Assembly (NCBI GenBank): GCA_049512915.1
Contig: JBEKWP010000007.1
Location: 32,197-96,196 of the forward strand
DNA length: 64,000 nt
Source of the DNA: Candidatus Sulfotelmatobacter sp.
GTDB lineage: Bacteria > Acidobacteriota > Terriglobia > Terriglobales > Acidobacteriaceae
Direction: 5' to 3'
This document shows positions 44,203 through 52,849 of this stretch, piece after piece. The notes beneath the pieces are model-generated. The model searched no databases and was not told the DNA's origin. It saw nothing but the letters and a program-made list of their open reading frames with translations. Every line of letters starts with the position of its first letter. Positions within the stretch are counted from its first letter, which is position 1. Position numbers and translations under genes: made by a program.

Positions 44203-44436
44203 ATGAAGGAGAAGACCTCTATCACACTCTCGCGAGACCTTCTAGCTGGGATCGACCAACTGGCTGGACCACAGGGTTCGCGATCCGCATTCATTGAGCG
44301 CGTCCTGCGACGCTATTTGCGAGAGCGAGTTCGCGCCGTGGCTCATGCACGCGACTTGGAGCTGATTAATCAAGCGGCCGACCAGCTGAACTCCGAGGCA
44401 GCTGACGTGCTCGATTATCAGGCGGCAGAAGATTAA
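44203..44436 (+). CDS. ribbon-helix-helix (CopG/MazE-like) antitoxin
   Basis: 77 aa. KTSITLSRDLLAGIDQLAG...SRSAFIERVLRRYL shows the RHH pattern. It lies directly upstream of a PemK/MazF-like gene. Confidence 0.75.
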   Translation: MKEKTSITLSRDLLAGIDQLAGPQGSRSAFIERVLRRYLRERVRAVAHARDLELINQAADQLNSEAADVLDYQAAED

Positions 44437-44448
44437 CGCGGAGATTAT

Positions 44449-44772
44449 GTGAAACGCGGAGACCTTTACCGGGTGCACAAACCGCACGGCGACCCCAAGT
44501 CTCACCGGGTCTTCGTCGTTGTGAGCCGACAGGTGCTCATCGAATCCCGATTCTCCACTGTGACCTGCGCCCCAGTTTTCACGGCTGGGGAAGGCCTCTC
44601 GACCCAAGTCCCCGTGGAACAAGCCGAAGGTCTTAAGCATCCCAGCTTCGTCATGTGTGACAATTTGGTTAGTCTGAAAAAGACCGATCTGACGCAATAC
44701 GTCGGCTCGCTCTCGAGCACGAAAATTGCGGAACTCAATGCCGCCCTCAAGATGGCGCTGGACGTGCCATAG
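44449..44772 (+). CDS. type II toxin, MazF/PemK family mRNA interferase
   Basis: GTG start with GGAG 5 nt upstream. KRGDLYRV...[10 protein letters not shown]...CAPV...VMCDNLVSL matches the PemK fold signature. Confidence 0.75.
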   Translation: MKRGDLYRVHKPHGDPKSHRVFVVVSRQVLIESRFSTVTCAPVFTAGEGLSTQVPVEQAEGLKHPSFVMCDNLVSLKKTDLTQYVGSLSSTKIAELNAALKMALDVP

Positions 44773-44783
44773 CCGTCGAGGGG

Positions 44784-46190
44784 CTAGTCGTAATACTCCA
44801 ATCCCAAGTGCGTGATCAGTTCCTCGCCCTTCAAATGCCGCAGCGTGTTCTTCAGCTTCATTAACTGAATAAACAGATCGTGCTCGGGATACAGACCCGG
44901 CGCCGTCATCGGAGACTTAAAGTAAAAGCTCAACCACTCCTGAATGCCGATTCCCTTCAGCGCCGAACAGCGCTTTGCCAGATCGACGAAGAGCACGAGA
45001 TCAAGGACGATCGGCGCCGCCAGAATCGAGTCGCGGCACAGGAAGTCGACCTTGATCTGCATGGGATAGCCGAGCCATCCGAAGATATCGATATTATCCC
45101 AACCCTCTTTATTATCACCGCGTGGAGGATAATAGTTAATGCGAACCTTATGAAAAATATTCCCGTACAGCTCGGGATACAGCGCGGGCTGCAGAATGTG
45201 TTCCAGCACGCCCAGCTTCGATTCTTCCTTGGTTTTGAACGACCCTGGATCGTCGAGCACTTCCCCGTCGCGATTGCCCAGGATGTTGGTCGAGTACCAT
45301 CCGCTTAGGCCGAGCAGCCGGGCTTTGAACGCCGGCGCCAGAACCGTCTTCATCAAAGTCTGCCCGGTCTTGAAATCTTTTCCGCAGATGGGCGCTTCGT
45401 TCTGCCGCGAAAGTTCGAGCATGACCGGGAGGTCCACCGTCAGATTCGGCGCGCCATTGGCGAAGGGCACGCCCTCCATCAGTGACGCGTAGGCATAGAT
45501 CATCGAGGGCGCGATCATCTCGTCGTTCTCGCGCAGCGCCTTCTCAAACGACTTCACGGACTGATGGGCTGCGGTCGCTTCGATATAGGACTCCGTAGAC
45601 CCGCACCACATCGTAATGAGCCGACTGGCTCCGCTGGTTTTCTTGAAGTCGCGGATGTCCTCGCGCAACTGCTCGGCCAGATCCATCTTCGTCTTGCCCT
45701 TCTTCACGTTCGGCCCGTCGATCTTTTTCACGTAGTTGTGATCGAACACCGCCGCACGCGGCGTCACCGTCGAAAGAAACGGCTTCAACTGGTCGAGCAG
45801 CCTTTGATCGAGCACGCCCGCATTCGACGCCGCTTCATACATGTTGTCTTCGAAGATGTCCCAGCCGGTGAAGACCAGGTCGTCGAGCCCGGCCAGCGGG
45901 ACGAACTCTTTTATCTTCGGCGAGCGCCCGTCGGTGCGCTTGCCCAGCCGCACTGTGCCCATCTGCGTAAGCGACCCAATCGGTTTCGCCAGTCCCTTGC
46001 GAATCGCCTCCACGCCCGCGACAAACGTCGTCGCCACGGCCCCCATGCCAGGGATCATCACCCCGAGCTTCCCCTTCGCTGGTTGGATCGTACCGCTATG
46101 CCTGGAACTGCTGTGCGCCTTCCCTTCGGACTTCACTTCCACCCGGGGTGTCTTCGCTGCCCTTCTCGCGGACTTATTCCGTGTCGCCAT
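44784..46190 (-). CDS. ino1: inositol-3-phosphate (myo-inositol-1-phosphate) synthase
   Basis: GVMIPGMGAVATTFVAG (NAD-binding), FANGAPNLTVD, and the conserved C-terminal half. It carries a basic N-terminal extension. Confidence 0.8.
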   Translation of the reverse strand: MATRNKSARRAAKTPRVEVKSEGKAHSSSRHSGTIQPAKGKLGVMIPGMGAVATTFVAGVEAIRKGLAKPIGSLTQMGTVRLGKRTDGRSPKIKEFVPLAGLDDLVFTGWDIFEDNMYEAASNAGVLDQRLLDQLKPFLSTVTPRAAVFDHNYVKKIDGPNVKKGKTKMDLAEQLREDIRDFKKTSGASRLITMWCGSTESYIEATAAHQSVKSFEKALRENDEMIAPSMIYAYASLMEGVPFANGAPNLTVDLPVMLELSRQNEAPICGKDFKTGQTLMKTVLAPAFKARLLGLSGWYSTNILGNRDGEVLDDPGSFKTKEESKLGVLEHILQPALYPELYGNIFHKVRINYYPPRGDNKEGWDNIDIFGWLGYPMQIKVDFLCRDSILAAPIVLDLVLFVDLAKRCSALKGIGIQEWLSFYFKSPMTAPGLYPEHDLFIQLMKLKNTLRHLKGEELITHLGLEYYD

Positions 46191-46575
46191 ATTTTGGACG
46201 CTTCCTCAAGTAAGAATCTGTATGGATGTGCAAACCTTGTATGTTCTCGCATCCGGTGGAGGTTTTGCAAACCGCCGCAGCCAAACGCGCAGAAAATCGC
46301 TTTAACGGGGTAGCAGCACCATCAAGCGGTGAGCGCAGATTCGATCAGCGAAATGAATATTTTGCGTTGGACTCCAGCGTGGACTTGCTGCATAGTGAAA
46401 CTACTTCGCGAACCATCTCTGTAGCCGGTCCCGCGAAGCTGATGTTTGCGTGCCAGCCTTGCTGCGGCATTGCAATTCTCCTGACCCTGTTGTTCTCCAC
46501 TTCAATCTGAGCCCACGCCATTCGGCCTCGCGCCCGTAGTGTGCTCTTCAGACTACGAATAAAACAGGAGATCCT

Positions 46576-47004
46576 ATGAACTCGACTCGCAGATTCGTCT
46601 ATGTCGCTGTTTTGGTCTTCAGCGCCCTGAATTTCACACCCAGCCTCGCCTCCGCTCAAGATGCGGCGGGAACCTTCACCTTGACCCACGAAGTACGCTG
46701 GCAGAATGCTGTGGTGCCTGCGGGAAAGTATCGATTCACAGTCGCAGCCAGCGGCCCCGGGGAAATGCTCACCCTGCGCAGGCTTGATGGCGGTGGCGCA
46801 GGTTTCATGCTGTTGGTTACTGACACCGAAAACTCGCCGCTTTCAGACGATAGCCGGCTCGTTGTAGTTTCCAGGGCCAGCGGCAGCTTCGTCAGTACAA
46901 TGCAGCTTCCGGAATCCGGGCTCACGCTGCACTTCACTGTGCCCTCCGAACCTCGAGAAGTGGCGCAATCAGTCGCAACCACGACTGCATCCGCCGCCCG
47001 CTAG
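46576..47004 (+). CDS. secreted hypothetical protein
   Basis: AGGAG RBS. Signal peptide FVYVAVLVFSALNFTPSLASAQ. Confidence 0.6.
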   Translation: MNSTRRFVYVAVLVFSALNFTPSLASAQDAAGTFTLTHEVRWQNAVVPAGKYRFTVAASGPGEMLTLRRLDGGGAGFMLLVTDTENSPLSDDSRLVVVSRASGSFVSTMQLPESGLTLHFTVPSEPREVAQSVATTTASAAR

Positions 47005-47021
47005 CTTATCCGCTGCCAGCC

Positions 47022-47056
47022 GGGGGGGAGATAAATCTGTCTCCTCCCCCTTCTTT
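47022..47056 (+). terminator. candidate intrinsic terminator
   Basis: GGGGGGGAGA...TCTCCTCCCCC forms an imperfect stem, followed by TTCTTTG. Confidence 0.5.
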
Positions 47057-47117
47057 GTGAATCTCATCGGAGCAGGCGCGCTTCCCGACTGGATGATCGG
47101 GCGCCTGACTCGCTCTC

Positions 47118-47852
47118 TCAGGTCAGCCTTTTCGGTGAGGACGAGTTCCCTCTTACCTCATCACTCAGCACGATGGCCTCGGCAATTTCCTTCATAGCCT
47201 TTCGTTTCTGCCGGCTCTGCCGCTGCAACGTCAGATAAGCCTGTTCCTCGCTTAACCCAAGATCGCGTTGCAGGATTCCCTTAGCGCGCTCCACCACTTT
47301 TCGGGTCTGCAATTGTTCCGACAGGTTGGAGTTCGCATCCTCGAGCCGCGCCATTTCAATCTCCGCGCCCACCAGAAACCCGACGGTCGAGATCAAACGG
47401 ATTTCCCGCCGGCGGTAAACATGATGCTGGCGATGCTGCAGGTTGATCACGCCCATGACTCGCCCTCTGCACATCAAAGGCACCGAAAGGAACGCTTCAT
47501 AAGTATCTTCGGGGAGTTCGTGGAAAAACTGGAAGCGCGGATCGTGCGCGGCCTTCTCGGAAACCGCCACCGGTTCCTGATGTTCCGCCACCCATCCTGT
47601 AATGCCCTGCCCCACACGCAGTTTCAGGCGATCGACCACCTCGGGATGCGAGTTCTTCGAGGCGCGCAGAACCAACTCGTCGCCCTCCAGCACATAAATC
47701 AGGCAGGAGTCGCACTTCACCAGCGCAGAAGCAAAATCGACCACACGAGTCAGTACCTCGTGGAAGCCGTCCGCTGTCGCCAGCCGTACGCCAATCTCGT
47801 GCAGCAAATCAACATGTGAGTCCTCAACTGATAGTAAGGGGTCCATGAACAA
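47118..47852 (-). CDS. GAF domain plus ANTAR domain RNA-binding regulator
   Basis: The N-terminal GAF region contains GQGITGWVAEHQEPV. The C-terminal ANTAR helices read LQTRKVVERAKGILQRDLGLSEEQAYLTLQRQSRQKRKAMKEIAEAIV. Confidence 0.85.
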   Translation of the reverse strand: MFMDPLLSVEDSHVDLLHEIGVRLATADGFHEVLTRVVDFASALVKCDSCLIYVLEGDELVLRASKNSHPEVVDRLKLRVGQGITGWVAEHQEPVAVSEKAAHDPRFQFFHELPEDTYEAFLSVPLMCRGRVMGVINLQHRQHHVYRRREIRLISTVGFLVGAEIEMARLEDANSNLSEQLQTRKVVERAKGILQRDLGLSEEQAYLTLQRQSRQKRKAMKEIAEAIVLSDEVRGNSSSPKRLT

Positions 47853-48031
47853 GAGTAGGGTCTCTTCTCATGCCGTGTCTAATTCCAAATTTCAATGACT
47901 CTCATAAAGGATTTCCCGCGAGATTGTTACGATTTCTTAACATCGTTTCCCGGGTTTATGCATCGACTAATTGAATTCTCGACAGCGTGAAAGAACCGCC
48001 GTCGCCTTCGCCGGAATCAAATCGCTGGTGT

Positions 48032-48128
48032 TACCCAGTTTCGAGTACCCAGTTTCGAGCACCTCAGCACTCACAAGGTTCGGAACTCGGTTCTTGATTT
48101 TGCCCGGTACTGAGTACTGGGTACTCGA
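48032..48128. repeat. heptad/14-mer-repeat palindromic element, related to 37981..38056
   Basis: The left arm is TACCCAGTTTCGAG x2 (48032-48059). The right arm is GTACTGA GTACTGG GTACTCG (48107-48127). A 13-bp perfect stem joins 48041-48053 to 48116-48128. It starts 2 nt after the stop of the 48131..48583 gene. Confidence 0.7.
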
Positions 48129-48130
48129 TC

Positions 48131-48583
48131 CTACTTCTCTAACTCCACCGTTTTCACCGGCAAATCCCAATGCCCGTCAAGAATCTCGAACCGCCTCTGC
48201 TCCTCGCGCTGGAAGGTTTCTTGATCGGGATACATCTGCTTCTGCAGAGCTGCTTCATCGAACGGCTCGTTGGCCACGGTCGCATTCTTGAACACGATGG
48301 TCACGCGGAAGTCCCAACGCCCGTCTTCGGTGGTGTGGTAACGCGGCTGATCCATCCACACCTTCGCGATCCGCCCCACCTCCATTTCCTTCTTGAGCAC
48401 GGGGTAGTGATTCTTCTTGAAAAGCTTCAGAAACTCGTCCGCATGCCCCCACTTGGCCTTGTAGTAGTACTCAACCACGAATGGCCTGTCGGGATTTGCG
48501 GAGACAGATTGAGCCTGGAAGGCAACGGGGAATGTGATGGTGACGAATAGCAGCAGCGCGAGAGCGCGGGACATGCGAATCAC
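48131..48583 (-). CDS. secreted hypothetical protein (150 aa)
   Basis: Signal peptide ALALLLFVTITFPVAFQAQ. Protein-like composition. No family recognised with confidence. Confidence 0.6.
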   Translation of the reverse strand: MIRMSRALALLLFVTITFPVAFQAQSVSANPDRPFVVEYYYKAKWGHADEFLKLFKKNHYPVLKKEMEVGRIAKVWMDQPRYHTTEDGRWDFRVTIVFKNATVANEPFDEAALQKQMYPDQETFQREEQRRFEILDGHWDLPVKTVELEK

Positions 48584-48651
48584 GGAATCCTCCTTGAAAC
48601 ACCAGCTTGTACACTAACAGGACGCCGAAGAAAAGCGGTCGGGGGAGAAAG

Positions 48652-49041
48652 ATGGTGGTGGAAAGCGACGAGCAGCAGATCCTCAAGTTGTTCGAAGACG
48701 GTGACCGCGCCCTGATTGCCGCCGACCTCCCTGAGCTCTCGCGCATCTTCGCCGACGACTACATTCAATACGACGAAACCGGCAGAGCGTCGACTAAGCA
48801 AGACGTGCTGAAGAATCTGAAGTCCGGCGTGATTCGATACGTTTCGATGATCTCTACCGGCCGCCAGGTTCGTCTGCTGAGCAAAAACGTAGGCGTCGTC
48901 CACGGCTCCGAAGAAGATGAAGTCGAGCAAGCCGGCCAGCGTCGCTCCATCCGTTACATCTACATGGACGCGGTCGTGAGGCGCAACGGTGAGTGGCAGA
49001 TTGTGGCGTCCCAATTGGCTAGGCCCATCGAAATTCGGTGA
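48652..49041 (+). CDS. NTF2-like (SnoaL/DUF4440-type) protein
   Basis: GGGGGAGAAAG lies before ATG 48652. ILKLFEDGDRALIAADLPELSRIFADDYIQ...NGEWQIVASQ is the DUF4440-like pattern. Confidence 0.65.
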   Translation: MVVESDEQQILKLFEDGDRALIAADLPELSRIFADDYIQYDETGRASTKQDVLKNLKSGVIRYVSMISTGRQVRLLSKNVGVVHGSEEDEVEQAGQRRSIRYIYMDAVVRRNGEWQIVASQLARPIEIR

Positions 49042-49158
49042 ACTCCTGCCGGGCAGAAGAATCGAGCCACAAACACAAAGCTAGACAGCGGCTGTGTTTC
49101 TGTTGAGAATGTGTGACTGTTGAGTTTATCGGTTACAGAGTCTCCGGAGGAACGATCC

Positions 49159-52100
49159 TTGCGTACGACGACCCTCGCCCTTTTGGTTGCCAGTCTTATT
49201 ACTCCTGTATTCGCGCAGAAACACCCTGCCAAACAAGGCTCCGATTCCGCCCAGAAACAGGCAGCCCAACCGACCGCGACTGCGGCCGCGCCAGCTGGGG
49301 AAGAAAAAGAAGAGGGCGAGGACAAGAACCCGTGGAAGGGCCTGCAGTATCGCCTGGTCGGTCCATTCAGGGGCGGCCGCGTGGTCGCCGTAGCAGGCGT
49401 GGTTGGCCAGGATAACGTCTATTATTTCGGCGCGACTGCCGGAGGAGTGTGGAAGACGACCGATGGCGGCTTGAACTGGAAGCCGATCTTCGACAAAACC
49501 AAAGATGCGTCTCCGGCGATCGGAGCAATCGCGGTTTCGGAGTCTGATCCGAATGTGATTTATGTGGGAACCGGAGAGGCGTGCATACGCGGCAACATTG
49601 TCGGCGGTAACGGAGTTTACAAATCGATAGACGCCGGAAAGACCTGGAAGTTTGTTGGGCTTGCCGACACGCATGCCATCGGACGGCTCGCCGTGAATCC
49701 CAAGAATCCTGACATCGCCTTCGTAGCCGCCTTGGGGCATCCCTTTGCCGACAACGAAGAGCGCGGCATTTTCCGAACGCAGGATGGCGGCAAGACCTGG
49801 CAGAAAGTGCTGTACAAGGATGCCAAGTCCGGCGGCATCGATGTTGTGTTTGATCCCAGCAATTCCAACATCCTGTTCGCGGCGCTGTGGCAAGCCAGGC
49901 GCACCCCGTGGAGTCTCGACAGCGGTGGCGCAGGGAGTGGCCTTTATCGCTCCATCGACGGCGGCACGACATGGAAAGAGCTTAAAGGCCACGGACTGCC
50001 GGAAGGCATTCTGGGCCGCATTGGTGTCACGGTCTCCGGCGCAAATCCTAACCGGGTGTGGGCAGTCGTCGAAGCAGAGAAAGGCGGAATCTATCGTTCC
50101 GACGACGGCGGCGACACCTGGCATATCACCACCGACGACCACCGTTTCCGCCAGCGTGCATGGTACTACTCGCACATCTTCGCCGATCCCAAGTCGGAAG
50201 ATACGGTGTACATTCTGAACACCGCGGCGTACCGATCCAATGACGGAGGTAAGACTTTCGCGTCGATACACGCGCCTCACGGGGATAATCACGCGCTGTG
50301 GATCGATCCCACGAATCCGAAGCGTCTGATCAACGGCAACGATGGCGGGGCCACGGTTTCCACCGACAACGGCGACACCTGGACCAGCGTGTATAACCAG
50401 CCTACGGCGCAGTTTTACCACGTCACTACCGACGACCGTTTCCCCTACTACATCTATGGCGCCCAGCAGGACAACTCCACAGTGGCCATCGCGAGCGCGA
50501 GCGTCGAAGGTGCGATTGATCGCCCAGATTGGTACGCAGTAGGCGGCGGCGAAAGCGGCTACATCGCACCCGACACGAACGATCCCGAAATCGTTTACGC
50601 TGGCTCTTACGGAGGGGAGATCACGCGCTACGATCACCGCACCGGCGAAGAGCAATCGATCAATCCCTGGCCAGTAAACCCCATTGGATGGGCTGCAGCT
50701 GATGTGAAACACCGCTTCCAATGGACCGAGCCCATCGTTTTCTCACCGCACGATCCGAAGACGATGTACTTCGCGGGCGAAGTGCTCTTCAAGACCATCG
50801 ACGGCGGCATGAGTTGGATGATCATCAGTCCCGACCTGACCCGAAACAACAAGTCAAAACAGGCGGCTTCCGGCGGTCCTATTACCAAGGACAACACCGG
50901 GGTCGAAGTTTATGACACGATCTTCTCGGTCGTGGAATCGCCGGTGCAGAAGGATCTGATTTGGGCAGGAACCGATGATGGATTGGTTCAACTCACCCGC
51001 GACGGAGGCCAGCACTGGGAGAATGTGACGCCCAAAGCCATGCCCGATTGGGGCACCGTCAGTATGATCGAGGCCTCTTCGCGGGACGCCGGCACTGCAT
51101 ACCTCGCGGTCGAACGCCACAAGTCGGACGACTTCGCGCCCTACGTGTTCAAGACCACAGATTTCGGCAAGACCTGGACCAAGCTAGTCGCGGGATTTCC
51201 AGCGAACGATTATGTCCATGCTGTAAGGGTGGACCCCCGGCGTCCGAATTTGCTTTTCGCTGGAACCGAGCAGGGTGTCTACCTTTCCTTCGATGATGGC
51301 ATGCTCTGGCAGCCCTTGCAACTCAATCTGCCGGCAGCCCCGGTAAACGACCTCGTGATCAAGAACACTGACCTCGTTGTCGCAACCCACGGACGCAGCT
51401 TCTGGGTGCTCGATGACATCACTCCGCTCGAGCAGTACGAAGATTCGATTCCGCAGCAGGAAGCGCACCTGTTTGCGCCCGCCCCGGCGAGTCATACCGT
51501 TTTTCGTGGTTCGTTTTTTGCCCCTAGCGGCGATGTCGGAAAGAACCCGCCGGCAGGAGGCATCATTAATTACTGGTTGAAGACTTCCCTCAAGAAGCCA
51601 GACCAGGCCAAGCCCTCCGCTGGTGCTGACTCTGCGAAAGCCGAAGCCACACCTTCGACTCCTTCCTCCGGAGCCGAAAAAACTGACAAAACTGACAAAG
51701 AAGAAGCTCCCAGGATCACGCTGGAGATTCTCGATTCCTCAGGAAAGGTCATCCGCAAATATCCCAAGAAGAAAGAGGAACCCAGCGATGAAGGAGAGGA
51801 GGATTTCTTCAGCCGTGGGGCTAGCGCAGGCAACCTCCCCGCCGATGCAGGCGTGAACCGTTTCGTGTGGGATCTGCGCTACGAGGGAGCAACCGAGGTG
51901 CCGCATGCACCGCTGTGGGGCGGCGACACCGAGGGCCCCGAAGCGTTGCCCGGTACCTATCAGGCGCGGTTGACAGTTCTCGGCAAGAGCTACACTGCGC
52001 CCCTGGAAATCAAAGCCGATCCGCGGCTGAAGCTCGGCCCTGAAGATCTGGCCAAGCAATTCGATCTACTTCTCAAGATCCGTGACAAGGTCACGGAAAC

Positions 52101-52518
52101 GGACGGCGCCATCATTCAGATTCGCGATGTTCGTGAGCAGATCAATGCAATCAACAAGCGGTTGAAGGACGATCCTCGAGCCAAGGCCATTGCCGATGCC
52201 GGGAAAGCGCTCGACGCAAAAATGACCGTGGTGGAAGAAGCGCTTATTCAGACGAAGGCCAAGAGCGGTCAGGATGTGCTTAATTTTCCCGTCCGGCTGA
52301 ACAATGACCTGGTGGCGTTGAGTGGCGTCGTGGGCAGTGCTGACTCCGCTCCCACGAAGCAGTCCTACGAAGTTTTCGATGTGGTCAGCAAGGCAGTCGA
52401 TGAACAACTGGCGAAGTGGAAGGCGATCGTCTCCACCGAAGTAGTGGCCTACAACAGCCTGATGAAACAGCAGGACGTTCCAGCCCTCATGGTGAAGCAG
52501 CCAGAAGCAGAAAAATAA
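49159..52518 (+). CDS. VPS10/sortilin-like BNR (Asp-box) repeat protein, secreted
   Basis: TTG 49159 has GGAGGAA 7 nt upstream and a signal peptide RTTTLALLVASLITPVFAQ. At least nine SxDxGxTW-type boxes are present (KTTDGGLNW, KSIDAGKTW, RTQDGGKTW, RSIDGGTTW, RSDDGGDTW, RSNDGGKTF, STDNGDTW, KTIDGGMSW, TRDGGQHW, KTTDFGKTW). Confidence 0.8.
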   Translation: MRTTTLALLVASLITPVFAQKHPAKQGSDSAQKQAAQPTATAAAPAGEEKEEGEDKNPWKGLQYRLVGPFRGGRVVAVAGVVGQDNVYYFGATAGGVWKTTDGGLNWKPIFDKTKDASPAIGAIAVSESDPNVIYVGTGEACIRGNIVGGNGVYKSIDAGKTWKFVGLADTHAIGRLAVNPKNPDIAFVAALGHPFADNEERGIFRTQDGGKTWQKVLYKDAKSGGIDVVFDPSNSNILFAALWQARRTPWSLDSGGAGSGLYRSIDGGTTWKELKGHGLPEGILGRIGVTVSGANPNRVWAVVEAEKGGIYRSDDGGDTWHITTDDHRFRQRAWYYSHIFADPKSEDTVYILNTAAYRSNDGGKTFASIHAPHGDNHALWIDPTNPKRLINGNDGGATVSTDNGDTWTSVYNQPTAQFYHVTTDDRFPYYIYGAQQDNSTVAIASASVEGAIDRPDWYAVGGGESGYIAPDTNDPEIVYAGSYGGEITRYDHRTGEEQSINPWPVNPIGWAAADVKHRFQWTEPIVFSPHDPKTMYFAGEVLFKTIDGGMSWMIISPDLTRNNKSKQAASGGPITKDNTGVEVYDTIFSVVESPVQKDLIWAGTDDGLVQLTRDGGQHWENVTPKAMPDWGTVSMIEASSRDAGTAYLAVERHKSDDFAPYVFKTTDFGKTWTKLVAGFPANDYVHAVRVDPRRPNLLFAGTEQGVYLSFDDGMLWQPLQLNLPAAPVNDLVIKNTDLVVATHGRSFWVLDDITPLEQYEDSIPQQEAHLFAPAPASHTVFRGSFFAPSGDVGKNPPAGGIINYWLKTSLKKPDQAKPSAGADSAKAEATPSTPSSGAEKTDKTDKEEAPRITLEILDSSGKVIRKYPKKKEEPSDEGEEDFFSRGASAGNLPADAGVNRFVWDLRYEGATEVPHAPLWGGDTEGPEALPGTYQARLTVLGKSYTAPLEIKADPRLKLGPEDLAKQFDLLLKIRDKVTETDGAIIQIRDVREQINAINKRLKDDPRAKAIADAGKALDAKMTVVEEALIQTKAKSGQDVLNFPVRLNNDLVALSGVVGSADSAPTKQSYEVFDVVSKAVDEQLAKWKAIVSTEVVAYNSLMKQQDVPALMVKQPEAEK

Positions 52519-52672
52519 CCTGCCGGGCTCTTGTGTGAGCGGGCACAAGTTCTCCTCTGTAACTTGCTGTAGCTCGAATTGGCCGATTCCAAACCCCCAT
52601 GCCGATTTCCGGGCAGACCAGTCGGGAGTCCAGCCGGACAATTCCTGGCAGGCATTCCTCATCATCCAAACA

Positions 52673-52707
52673 ATTCATTTGATGAATTTCGCGAAGTCGG
52701 CTACGCT
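52673..52707 (+). promoter_or_regulatory. orphan copy of the LysR-type box ATTCATTTGATGAAT fused to promoter TTGATG-N17-TACGCT
   Basis: The box is 52673-52687, the -35 is TTGATG 52679-52684 and the -10 is TACGCT 52702-52707. About 80 nt (52638-52716) are homologous to the promoter region of the TBDT gene at 59673-59751 (reverse). Confidence 0.55.
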
Positions 52708-52849
52708 CGCGCCGCTTAATAACGTCGCGTGACAAGAAGATGAACGCCTTTGCTCTAAGCCCTCGAAAGTACGGCGACAACGCGGAACATGCCCTTACTG
52801 CTTCGACATCAGACCGGAAAGGAGTATCTGCACATCGTGGGCGGTACTG

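Noticed and set aside
49126-50721. 531-aa ORF on the minus strand, and similar long antisense ORFs elsewhere (382..1107, 15332..16117, 20644..21549, 22647..23369, 28068..28862, 33227..33913, 45564..46313, 52066..52665, 55695..56555, 62037..62951).
   Set aside because: Each lies fully antisense to a gene with clear family motifs. Their composition is Arg/Gly/Pro/His-rich and low in complexity, as expected for shadow ORFs in GC-rich DNA. None has a recognisable motif or RBS.
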